Below are positions 9,478-18,279 of a DNA stretch of 64,000 bases, piece after piece. The DNA is from a phage: sequence record PZ402305.1. One strand, written 5' to 3'. Made by a program: the position numbers and the translations under genes. The first letter of the stretch is position 1. Every line of letters starts with the position of its first letter. Below the pieces are notes generated by a model that saw only the letters and a program-made list of their open reading frames with translations, did no database searches and was not told the DNA's origin.

Positions 9478-10851
9478 ATGGCAACTTTTCGTGAAAAGGT
9501 AGCAACCGTAACTTTACTGTATGGTGCTACATCAATTCGTGAAACCCAGTTCGATATTCCCCTGATCCTTACAGGTCAGAACGTAACTGGCGAAGCGATT
9601 CAATATTACTCTTCTTCCGATGCACTTTTGGAAGCAGGTTATGGATTAAATGATCCAGCGTATATTATGGCAGTCAAACTGTTTAACGGTTTGTTCCCAC
9701 CAGATCAAGTTATGGTTGGTAAGCGTGAAGTTACAAACTTTACTCTAACTCCAATCGTAGAAGATAGTGCAACTTACACAATTACCATCAAAAATGGTAC
9801 CAAGAAAAAAGAATTTAAATTCATTGCTGATGACACTGCAACTGCACAAGAGATTGTAGTTGGTCTGACTGAAATGATCAATGCAGATCTTGTTTATGGC
9901 CCACTGTTTACAGTAGCTAACAACGGCGCTGCAATGACTTTCACTCCAGTAGAAGGTAAGTTTGGTTCTATTGACAGCACAGGTTTCACTCAAGAAACTG
10001 TCTATGCTAATGCTATTACGGAAGATATTGCTGCTCTGCATGATATTGATAGTAGCTGGTTCTGGACCCTTTCAGATTCCCATGAAACAGAAGATGTTCT
10101 AGCTTTGGCTGCATGGGTAGAAGAGAATGATAAAGTTTACTTCTTCTCTAGTTCTGAACCTGGAATTAAAACGAAAGCAGAAGATAACGTTCTGGAACGA
10201 CTGAATGACCTCGGTTATAATAACACTTGCTTTGCTTTGTGGATGACCGATGCAGATTCTGTATTCCCAGAAGCAGCAGTTGTTGGTGCAATCTGTTCTC
10301 GTCAACCTGGTTTAACTACTCTTCACGGTAAAACACTGGTAGGTGTAGAGATCGAGAAACTGGATCAGACTTCGGAAAACAATATTGTTCAACAGAACGG
10401 TAACATCTATCGTAAAGAGCATGGAACTCTGTTCTATCGTGATGGATTGATGGTTAGCGGTTTCTTTGTTGACTATGTTGTTCATGCTTTGTGGTTTAAA
10501 GCTCGCACAGAAGAATCACTGTTTACACTGTTTAAACAACAGTCTATGCTGGGTGGTGGTGTTCGTGCTACTTCAAACGGTCTGGCTTTGATTCGACAAG
10601 CTGTTCTGGCTAACCCGATCCAAGTAGGTATCCTCAACGGTTCCATCGCTAATGAAGTTGTTACTTCTGAAGAGACTGGTTTGCGTGTCGATCTGAAACC
10701 TATTGTTTATATTCCTTCTCGTGCCGATATGACTGATGCGCAAATCAATGCTCGTCTGGTCGATGGGATGAAGATTGAATATGTTTACGCTGGCTTCTTC
10801 CATTACGTTAAAGTTCAGGTCAACGTCCTGACTAACCGTACTGCAAACTAA
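9478..10851 (+). CDS. Tail sheath protein (putative)
   Basis: 457-aa ORF directly upstream of a ~160-aa tube-like gene, chaperone and tape measure; followed by a hairpin. Confidence 0.6.
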   Translation: MATFREKVATVTLLYGATSIRETQFDIPLILTGQNVTGEAIQYYSSSDALLEAGYGLNDPAYIMAVKLFNGLFPPDQVMVGKREVTNFTLTPIVEDSATYTITIKNGTKKKEFKFIADDTATAQEIVVGLTEMINADLVYGPLFTVANNGAAMTFTPVEGKFGSIDSTGFTQETVYANAITEDIAALHDIDSSWFWTLSDSHETEDVLALAAWVEENDKVYFFSSSEPGIKTKAEDNVLERLNDLGYNNTCFALWMTDADSVFPEAAVVGAICSRQPGLTTLHGKTLVGVEIEKLDQTSENNIVQQNGNIYRKEHGTLFYRDGLMVSGFFVDYVVHALWFKARTEESLFTLFKQQSMLGGGVRATSNGLALIRQAVLANPIQVGILNGSIANEVVTSEETGLRVDLKPIVYIPSRADMTDAQINARLVDGMKIEYVYAGFFHYVKVQVNVLTNRTAN

Positions 10852-10856
10852 TACGG

Positions 10857-10873
10857 CGGGGGTTAAGCCCCCG
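10857..10873 (+). terminator. GC hairpin after sheath gene (weak terminator or RNA-stability element)
   Basis: cggggg / cccccg stem with 5-nt loop; only a short U-tract follows. Confidence 0.3.
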
Positions 10874-10897
10874 TTATCAAAATAAAGAGGATCTATA

Positions 10898-11377
10898 ATG
10901 GATAAAATGCTTACTGGCGTAATGGCCTACGACCCATCTCAAGTTATCCTTTCATTAGGTGGTTGGGAACCGTGGGGTTTTGCGGCTGATACTAAAATCG
11001 TTATTGCTAAATCTAACGATATTATCAACCCTTATTCAGGGACTGATGGCGACGTTTCACTAGCTTTGAGTCGTAACCGTTTGGGAACACTCACAATGTC
11101 TTTGCAACGCACATCTCCAGCTAACGAAGTACTTGCAACATATGCACAAACAATGTATTCTACTCGTCAAGTAGCGTTCAGTGTTTATTTAGAAGACCCA
11201 CGTGGCTATTACATTAGCACGATTGGATGGATTCAAAGTCAGCCTGAAGATACTATTGGCGAAATGATTACAGAGAACCAATGGGTTATTGGTCTTAAAG
11301 ATGCAAGCCTTCTGCGTAATGAAGTTGGTGTAGGTTTGAGCACCCTTAACTCAATCTCTGCTCTGACAATTCAATAA
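10898..11377 (+). CDS. Tail tube protein (putative)
   Basis: 159-aa ORF between sheath and chaperone genes; followed by intrinsic terminator. Confidence 0.55.
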   Translation: MDKMLTGVMAYDPSQVILSLGGWEPWGFAADTKIVIAKSNDIINPYSGTDGDVSLALSRNRLGTLTMSLQRTSPANEVLATYAQTMYSTRQVAFSVYLEDPRGYYISTIGWIQSQPEDTIGEMITENQWVIGLKDASLLRNEVGVGLSTLNSISALTIQ

Positions 11378-11383
11378 TAAATA

Positions 11384-11404
11384 AAGGGCAGAAATGCCCT
11401 TTTT
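11384..11404 (+). terminator. Rho-independent terminator after tube gene
   Basis: aagggca-gaaa-tgccctt stem-loop followed by tttt. Confidence 0.65.
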
Positions 11405-11422
11405 ATCATTAGAGAGGAAAAT

Positions 11423-11905
11423 ATGTCACAAGAACAAGATAACACAATTCAAAAATATGCTCGACCAGAAGAAGTAGTTGAGATTCCGTTAGATGGAAAC
11501 AGATCTGTTACTTTCCGTATTATGAAGTGGAGTCCATCTAAAGTGTTTGACAGGATTCCAGAATTGGGTAGTGTTCTGGTTGTTCCTATGACTATGTATA
11601 GCACAGCAACAATGTCCGCAGACGAAGACCTTGAGTCACGTATTGCTATGGCACTGATCCAACTTTTTGCAGGTTTGGAAGAAAAGAATTTAACGGTCTT
11701 TTTGCGTAAAATTTTAGATGAGGTTTATACTCAAGACGGTTATAACGTTGCAGAAAATTTTGATGAATTATTTATGGCTCACCCAGAACTAGTGTTAGAT
11801 CTTACTGCTAAAGTTCTGGAGGTAAACTACGGCCCTTTTTTCAAACGAGGTTTCGGAAAACTGTTCACACAGCTTCAGGCGATGACGAGTTTAGCAGCAA
11901 ATTAA
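11423..11905 (+). CDS. Tail assembly chaperone (short, G-like product)
   Basis: 160-aa ORF immediately upstream of tape measure gene; contains slippery heptamer near 3' end. Confidence 0.6.
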   Translation: MSQEQDNTIQKYARPEEVVEIPLDGNRSVTFRIMKWSPSKVFDRIPELGSVLVVPMTMYSTATMSADEDLESRIAMALIQLFAGLEEKNLTVFLRKILDEVYTQDGYNVAENFDELFMAHPELVLDLTAKVLEVNYGPFFKRGFGKLFTQLQAMTSLAAN

Positions 11906-12171
11906 CACCTGCGATTGAACATGCTATCGACATAGCAACGAAAACCCTTACTTTGAAGTGGTATGAGGTTATTCTTTGCAAAGTCGTTAAAGATACCTCG
12001 GAAACACTGAAAACATTGGATAACTACGGTGTAGATTATCTTTTAAAACTATATGAGTATTTAACATACGAAGAGTATGTTGAAGCCATGTATGTTAAAG
12101 ACACTTCAATAAAGAGAAAACATCAAAACCAGACAAATAAAATGTCAGATTTGTTTAAGAAACTTGTTTAA
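11423..12171 (+). CDS. Tail assembly chaperone, -1 frameshifted long (GT-like) product; shift at 11836-11842
   Basis: The -1 frame is open from 11764 to 12171 and overlaps the 3' end of the zero frame; slippery T_TTT_TTC in the overlap; predicted fusion about 249 aa. Confidence 0.5.
11836..11842 (+). other. Programmed -1 ribosomal frameshift slippery heptamer T_TTT_TTC
   Basis: X_XXY_YYZ heptamer in the zero frame of the chaperone gene (codons TTT TTC = Phe139-Phe140). Confidence 0.5.
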
Positions 12172-12191
12172 TCCAACACGAGGAACATACT

Positions 12192-14180
12192 TTGTTAGAA
12201 ATTAACGCCTCCAAAATTAGTAACGTGGTTACGTTTAAGGTGGACAAGAACAGTCTCAAGGAAGCAAAAGATGCCGTGTTGAGTGTTCAGAAGTTTGCAA
12301 ATAAAATGCAACCCACTATGAACATGACCAAGTTTAGACAACAAATGAAAGAGATTGAGCGTGAACTTAAGAAAGCTCAAACTCAAAGTCAAAAACCTAT
12401 GCGAGCACCTACTCCCGCTGGAGCGGGTGCTCCTGTAGGCGGATCTGGTAGACCTAGAACTCCTAAAACCCCGCAAGGAAGAGAAGAAGAAAAAGCTCGT
12501 AAAGCTGCTGAACGCGAAGCTAAAGCAGCAGCACGTAGGGAAGATTTAGGTAATCTTCGTTTGCAGAACTTTAACTATCGAGCAAGAGCATTTAGTAAAG
12601 CTAGTCCTGGCGCTATGCAAGAAGCTAGAGACGTTATGGGTAAAGCTGTAGAGCAATACAAAAAGGGTGAAATAACTCTTCAACGTATGAACCAAGCTCT
12701 TGCTCACCAGTTGGATGCTTTACGCAGATCTCATCGTGAAAAGAATGCTGAAATAGAAGACGAGGTTCGCGGTCGTCGCCGTATTCGTAGAGAGTTAGAA
12801 GCAGAAGCTAAAATGCGTATACGTATGCGAAATCGTGAACTTAGGGATATAGAACGAAATCGTAAGCGTGAATTAGCACAACAAAAACGTGATCGTGACC
12901 GTAGATATGGACAATTAAAAGAAGGTGCAGCAGGTCTTAATCCACGTATGATTGCATCCTCTTTGATAGGTGCTGGGCTGTTTGCAGGTGGTTCTGTAGT
13001 TGGTAACACGTTGATGAATACTAACGAAAGAATTAAACTTGTAAGCCGTGGTGCTGAAAACGTTCAGACAAACGCCAACGCTATTTTGGCAATGACAGCT
13101 TGGGGTGAACAGAACGGTGTAGACTCTGCAAATATTATTAAATCAATAGATAATATTAAAGACGTTCGTGAACGTCTTGGTAATACAGTTTTAGCTGCAA
13201 AGTGGAATGAGAAAGAAGGGAAGTGGAAAGGCGGTGATAATGGCATAACTGACATTATGAACTTGTTTGGATGGAATCCAGAACAGCTTAAACCTTTACA
13301 GAACGATCCTTTAGCTTTTATTCAGGCTACTGTTAATGAAGGTGAGCGTCGAGGTATGAACTCTGCTCAAATCGGGCGACTTCTTGAAAACCTTGGTGAT
13401 GACCTTATGCACTACCAACGTATGTTTAGTAAAAACGGCGAAGGGTATAATGAAGTATTGAAAATGCTTCAAAGAACAGGTGCAACATTAACTCAAGAAC
13501 AAATAGATGCTTCTAAAGAGTTTACTCGTTTTGCTGCAACAGTTCAGCTTGTAGGTCAAGGTATGCAGAACCATTTCTTAGAGGGTTTTGTAAAAGCTTT
13601 ACCTAAAGATGATTCTTGGTTGGATAACGTTAAAGTGCTAGATCAGTTCGCCAAAGATTTAGGTGAAGAACTTGGTAAAACAACAGTTCAACTTGGTGGT
13701 TTTGCTAAAGAATTAGGAGATGGTTTCGGATCTTTTACCAATTGGCTTAAAGAAACATTCCCAGATACCTTCGGAGACAACACAGATCCTAATAAATCTT
13801 TGGCACAAAAAGCATACGAGGCAACGCAAAGTGGAGACAGCAATCCTGTAGCAGATTGGTTGTACAATTTAACAGGTATTGATACACAAGATATTGGTCG
13901 TATGTGGAGAGGAGAACAAACAAGGACACGTGCTTTTGGATTTGGTAATCCTCTTGAAGATTTACGTGAATCAGCCTATACACCTAACGTAAGTTTGGCT
14001 CGTAATCAACCTGTTGTTGAGAATACGGTAGCAATACCAAGTGATCTTATCAAAGTTACGATCAGCCCTTCTTCCGAGTTTGGAAATATTCTTGATGCAA
14101 GAATTCAAAATAGCGGAAATAGTATTTTCCAACGTTTGTCTCTTTCAACTCTAAGTGGACAATCTAACACTGGTGGTTAA
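12192..14180 (+). CDS. Tail tape measure protein
   Basis: 662-aa ORF after chaperone pair; Arg/Glu-rich coiled-coil N-terminal half and hydrophobic glycine-rich segment (IGAGLFAGGSVVG); TTG start with GAGGAA RBS. Confidence 0.7.
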   Translation: MLEINASKISNVVTFKVDKNSLKEAKDAVLSVQKFANKMQPTMNMTKFRQQMKEIERELKKAQTQSQKPMRAPTPAGAGAPVGGSGRPRTPKTPQGREEEKARKAAEREAKAAARREDLGNLRLQNFNYRARAFSKASPGAMQEARDVMGKAVEQYKKGEITLQRMNQALAHQLDALRRSHREKNAEIEDEVRGRRRIRRELEAEAKMRIRMRNRELRDIERNRKRELAQQKRDRDRRYGQLKEGAAGLNPRMIASSLIGAGLFAGGSVVGNTLMNTNERIKLVSRGAENVQTNANAILAMTAWGEQNGVDSANIIKSIDNIKDVRERLGNTVLAAKWNEKEGKWKGGDNGITDIMNLFGWNPEQLKPLQNDPLAFIQATVNEGERRGMNSAQIGRLLENLGDDLMHYQRMFSKNGEGYNEVLKMLQRTGATLTQEQIDASKEFTRFAATVQLVGQGMQNHFLEGFVKALPKDDSWLDNVKVLDQFAKDLGEELGKTTVQLGGFAKELGDGFGSFTNWLKETFPDTFGDNTDPNKSLAQKAYEATQSGDSNPVADWLYNLTGIDTQDIGRMWRGEQTRTRAFGFGNPLEDLRESAYTPNVSLARNQPVVENTVAIPSDLIKVTISPSSEFGNILDARIQNSGNSIFQRLSLSTLSGQSNTGG

Positions 14181-14187
14181 TAAAATA

Positions 14188-14209
14188 CCTCGCTTCGGCG
14201 GGGTTTTTT
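14188..14209 (+). terminator. Rho-independent terminator after tape measure gene
   Basis: cctcgc-ttcg-gcgggg stem-loop (UUCG tetraloop) followed by tttttt. Confidence 0.7.
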
Positions 14210-14217
14210 CGTTTCCC

Positions 14218-14247
14218 TTGACACGAAGTTTCTATATGTGTTACAAT
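14218..14247 (+). promoter_or_regulatory. Sigma70-like promoter with extended -10 (TTGACA-N18-TGtTACAAT)
   Basis: -35 at 14218-14223, TG at 14239-14240, -10 at 14242-14247; 60-nt leader before ATG 14307. Confidence 0.6.
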
Positions 14248-14257
14248 AATCAATATG

Positions 14258-14280
14258 GGAAGATCTTGCATCTTCCTTTT
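14258..14280 (+). promoter_or_regulatory. Leader stem-loop followed by U-run, just after the predicted transcription start
   Basis: ggaagat-cttgc-atcttcc hairpin followed by tttt, about 10 nt downstream of the -10 element. Confidence 0.3.
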
Positions 14281-14306
14281 GGCATTATCATTACTACGAG
14301 GTTATC

Positions 14307-15008
14307 ATGGCAGCAATGACTCCACAACAGTCGGTGAGAGCCGTCTATAAGGCAGAACAGGAAATCAACTCTACCGAGAATAAAAATACCTCGGCATCTA
14401 CTGTAAAGGGTGATAATGGTTTCTGCATTTTAGCAAGTGTTTATAATAGTTCAAGTGATCAATACATTCAAAACTTTAAAGCAATTACTTTCGATTCGGT
14501 CCCTGAAGTAGGTGTAACTCGTGAGGCAGATGTTACAAGTTTTCCAGTAGAATCAGGATCGGATGTAAGTGATCACGTTCAAATAAAAAACAACAGATTT
14601 AAACTTTCAGGTATAATTACCGAAACACCAATTCGGCTTATGCGAGATCAATTATACAGTGCAGGTGTAAATGGGGCAAGGATTTCTCAAGCAATAGAAT
14701 ATCTAGATCAAATATTTGAGTCAAGACAACCAATAGTTCTTTTGACAGAACATAGGACTTTTGAAAATGTTATTCTCAAAGGCTACTCTTATGATTATAA
14801 ATCTGAATTTGCTATGCAATTTGATTTAGAGTTCGAACAAATCCGTCTAGTCTCTAAAGCCACTACTAACGCTATTGCTGTAAAAACAGCACCAAATAAG
14901 TCAACTGGTGGTGATGTGAAAGGTCAAGTTGCTTCCAATGGTCCTAAGTCAGATATTACAGTAAGAACTGCTGAAGCTACTAATACCCCAACAAACAACG
15001 GAGGTTAA
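14307..15008 (+). CDS. Hypothetical tail/baseplate protein
   Basis: 233-aa ORF with own promoter and RBS, downstream of tape measure. Confidence 0.55.
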   Translation: MAAMTPQQSVRAVYKAEQEINSTENKNTSASTVKGDNGFCILASVYNSSSDQYIQNFKAITFDSVPEVGVTREADVTSFPVESGSDVSDHVQIKNNRFKLSGIITETPIRLMRDQLYSAGVNGARISQAIEYLDQIFESRQPIVLLTEHRTFENVILKGYSYDYKSEFAMQFDLEFEQIRLVSKATTNAIAVKTAPNKSTGGDVKGQVASNGPKSDITVRTAEATNTPTNNGG

Positions 15009-15010
15009 TA

Positions 15011-15424
15011 GTGACAACTTATTCTAAAACAACAAGGTCTACAAGTAATACAGGCTACAGTGCAGTTTATCTAGAGGACCATTCTACTTATTTTGCATGG
15101 TATCTGAAAACTGAAGAGTATCCTGATCAAACATATACAGTTACATTGGATGGAGTTGATTATGACATTCGTTTAAGGTGGAACACTAGGGACGAGTCTT
15201 GGCAATGTCAGATTGGATTATCTGGAGATGATCCAAGTATAAGTTTCAAAGTTACAAATGGTTTAGATCTTCTTAAACCTTATAAATATCTTGAAAGTGT
15301 GCCAGATGGTCAATTGTATATAGTAGATACAGTTAAGATTAATGGTCGTCCTGGGTATACAACTACAGGTCGAGATAAACGTTTTGTATTGGTTTATATT
15401 GATAACAAACCTAATCAGGCGTAA
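15011..15424 (+). CDS. Hypothetical tail protein
   Basis: 137-aa ORF, GTG start with GGAGG RBS. Confidence 0.55.
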   Translation: MTTYSKTTRSTSNTGYSAVYLEDHSTYFAWYLKTEEYPDQTYTVTLDGVDYDIRLRWNTRDESWQCQIGLSGDDPSISFKVTNGLDLLKPYKYLESVPDGQLYIVDTVKINGRPGYTTTGRDKRFVLVYIDNKPNQA

Positions 15425-15433
15425 GGAGATAAT

Positions 15434-16444
15434 ATGGCAGAAAGAGAGTATACAAAAGCTCCTGCCCCTAATTTAAACAGGGCATACAAATTATTAATTG
15501 GTTCTGCCACAAATACAATACAGAAGAGAACTAAGAACTCGGCATTTAAATCTACAGTAGATTTGGATACCAAGTTAGGAACAACAGAAAAATCCTCTTC
15601 TAATTTGTATTTGTTGCAAGACCATCAAATAACCTTCAGTATTAAGAAAGATAATAACAAAGATCCTAACCAAGCAGAGATTGTAGTTTATAACCTTTCG
15701 GATGATACTGTTAACTATATAAACCGTGGTATCCGAAATAACTTGGCTGTTGCTTTAGCGGTAGGATACGAAGGTGAAGAGTTGGTTATGGTCTTCAAAG
15801 GAACTATCCAGTGGGTTAGTGATACTTTTGACTCGGTAGACAGGAAAACCACTTTACACTGTTTGGATGGCGGTATTAACATTGCAGAAGCAAGAACAAG
15901 TCGCAGTTATCCAAAAGGAACTAAAATCAAACGTGTTGTGACAGATTTGGTAAAGGATTTAGGAACTACAGAAGGTAATATACACGTAGATAATGATCAA
16001 ACCTTATCTTCAGCAACAGCTATGTGTGGAAACACTTCACATTACCTAGAACATATTTGTAAAAGTATTGATCACAATGTGTCAATACAAGATGGATCTG
16101 TTTATGTCACTCCTCGTTCACAAATGTCTAGTGCACGTAGCGCCTATATTAGCCCTGAAACTGGTCTGATAGGAAGTCCAGAACCATTCCACAACGATAT
16201 AAAACCTACTAAAAAAGTTACCAAGTCATCTAAGAAGGCAAAGAAACCTACAGATGGTGTTAAATTCAAATGCCAAATGAATGGTGCAATATTACCAGAA
16301 AAAACAATCTGGTTAAAAAGCCGAGATTATGATGGCCCATTTAAAGTTGTTTCTGTTTCTCACAATGGTGATAAAGAGGGTAAAGAGTGGGTTACTGAAG
16401 TGGAGTGTGTATCCGTGTCTGAAATAATGACTAAGGAGAAATAA
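15434..16444 (+). CDS. Baseplate hub-like protein (putative)
   Basis: 336-aa ORF between tape measure and spike-like gene; call is by position only. Confidence 0.4.
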   Translation: MAEREYTKAPAPNLNRAYKLLIGSATNTIQKRTKNSAFKSTVDLDTKLGTTEKSSSNLYLLQDHQITFSIKKDNNKDPNQAEIVVYNLSDDTVNYINRGIRNNLAVALAVGYEGEELVMVFKGTIQWVSDTFDSVDRKTTLHCLDGGINIAEARTSRSYPKGTKIKRVVTDLVKDLGTTEGNIHVDNDQTLSSATAMCGNTSHYLEHICKSIDHNVSIQDGSVYVTPRSQMSSARSAYISPETGLIGSPEPFHNDIKPTKKVTKSSKKAKKPTDGVKFKCQMNGAILPEKTIWLKSRDYDGPFKVVSVSHNGDKEGKEWVTEVECVSVSEIMTKEK

Positions 16445-17178
16445 TGGATGCATTGAATTTTGTCACAGCAATGCGTGGCTTAATGACAGAACAATTAGCA
16501 GAAGTCCATACAGCCTTGCCAGTCCGTGTGACTGGCGTTAATTATGGTGCTAAGACTGTCACCTTAGAATCTATTGTTAAAAACACACGATCTAGTGAAG
16601 ATGAAATAGATTATCCTACTTTTGAAGATGTTCCTTTTATGGTTAATGGGGGTGGGACAGGAAGAATCTCATTCCCTATTAAAGCTGGCGATTTAGGAAC
16701 TGTTATATTTTCTGAAAGAGATCCTTCTAATGCACTGCAAACTAGTGGAGAAACCTCTTCATCATCCACTTTTATGCAGCCTTGTGGATTATACCCTATT
16801 TGTTTTATTCCCAAAATAGCTACAGGAACAGATTCAACAGAAGCTGTAGATTCTGAAAAGGTAGTTATTTCTAATAACAAAAACACGTACGCTTCTTTCG
16901 ACCCTACAGGTAATATTTCAATATGGAATAGTCAAGGGATGAAAATAGATATTACTACCTCTGGTATTACTATTACAGATGGCACAGGGACTTTGGATCT
17001 AAAAGGTGGTAATTTAACTTTCAAAGGCGGCGTAGCAGATATTAATGGTCTTAAAATAGATCAGAACGGTTTGATGACAGATGGTAATGGCATCGGATTC
17101 CATACTCACACGCACACGGTTCGTAACATTCAGAGCGGTAGCTCAAGTGCCGAGTCCTTAAAACCAACAGGAGCCTAA
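16444..17178 (+). CDS. Baseplate central spike protein (gpV-like), His-rich apex
   Basis: 244-aa ORF; C-terminal Gly-rich segment (GGNLTFKGG) then HTHTHT motif, like the metal-binding HxH apex of contractile-tail spikes. Confidence 0.5.
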   Translation: MDALNFVTAMRGLMTEQLAEVHTALPVRVTGVNYGAKTVTLESIVKNTRSSEDEIDYPTFEDVPFMVNGGGTGRISFPIKAGDLGTVIFSERDPSNALQTSGETSSSSTFMQPCGLYPICFIPKIATGTDSTEAVDSEKVVISNNKNTYASFDPTGNISIWNSQGMKIDITTSGITITDGTGTLDLKGGNLTFKGGVADINGLKIDQNGLMTDGNGIGFHTHTHTVRNIQSGSSSAESLKPTGA

Positions 17179-17179
17179 C

Positions 17180-17806
17180 ATGGGAATCCCTTTTGACTTA
17201 AAGCTTGGACCAAACAACGACCTCATCATGGACGATGGGGATTTGGTCCTCACCACAACCAGAACAGAAATTGCAGCACAAACTCTTGGGATAACTCTGA
17301 ACACGTATCGTGGAGAGTGGTTTTTAAATACTAACTTCGGTGTTCCTTACTTACAAGAGATTATTGGTGTTGCTAGAAAGAAAGATATTGTAGACAGAAT
17401 ATTTTTAGCGGAGATTGCCAAAAACGTTTACATAGATACAATAAACAGTTATAAATCTGCTTATGACATGGACCAACGTTATTACTCAATGACAGTTATG
17501 GTGACAGTTGGAGCAGATACAGTAACATCCATATTCAATACTCAACCTTCTGAAGAGTTTATTTACCCTGAAGCTGGTGAAGACAATGCAGCGATCATTT
17601 GTGAAGCTTACAGTATTGTTGAGAATTCGAATAGACTTTATCGCTTTATCAACTTTGTTGGTTTGCCACGTGATACCTACTCTACTTGGTGGAATGAATG
17701 GTCTACAGAGTCAGCAGGGGAAAGAATCATGGTTAACGAAAAAGGTGATGCATTAGCTACAAACAATAATTTCGGTATAACAGCTATGACAGGAGTAGAA
17801 GAATAA
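17180..17806 (+). CDS. Baseplate protein (putative)
   Basis: 208-aa ORF directly after spike gene with AGGAG RBS. Confidence 0.4.
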   Translation: MGIPFDLKLGPNNDLIMDDGDLVLTTTRTEIAAQTLGITLNTYRGEWFLNTNFGVPYLQEIIGVARKKDIVDRIFLAEIAKNVYIDTINSYKSAYDMDQRYYSMTVMVTVGADTVTSIFNTQPSEEFIYPEAGEDNAAIICEAYSIVENSNRLYRFINFVGLPRDTYSTWWNEWSTESAGERIMVNEKGDALATNNNFGITAMTGVEE

Positions 17807-18279
17807 TGGCAGATTTAACTACGATCAAAGTTTCTGATCTTACACAAACAACCTCTGTATCTGATACAGATTTCTTTGTAACAGATCAGGCTGGAATAAC
17901 AAAGAAGACTTCTTTGAAAGTGCTGTTGATTGGTGCAGGGGTAACTAGAAACCGTTTAAATGCACGTGGAACAGTAACTAGCACCTTGGCATTAGATATT
18001 AGTTCAGCAGAATATTTTTCGGCAACTTTATCTTCTGCAACATGCACAATTAGTTTTACTAATATTCCAGTAGCAACGAATGCAGTTTTAAACTTTACTT
18101 TAGCTTTGCGTCAAGGAAGTGGCGCAAATAAAGTCGTATGGCCTTCTTCTGTAAAATGGAGTTTTGGTCGTTCCCCAGTTTTGAGTTATCGTCAAGGTGC
18201 AACAGACACTTTTGAGTTTATCAGTTATGATAATGGTGCAACTTGGACAGGTAGCTTAGTTTTAGCAGGAGTTATTTAA
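17806..18279 (+). CDS. Hypothetical baseplate/tail protein
   Basis: 157-aa ORF, TAATG coupling with neighbours. Confidence 0.5.
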   Translation: MADLTTIKVSDLTQTTSVSDTDFFVTDQAGITKKTSLKVLLIGAGVTRNRLNARGTVTSTLALDISSAEYFSATLSSATCTISFTNIPVATNAVLNFTLALRQGSGANKVVWPSSVKWSFGRSPVLSYRQGATDTFEFISYDNGATWTGSLVLAGVI

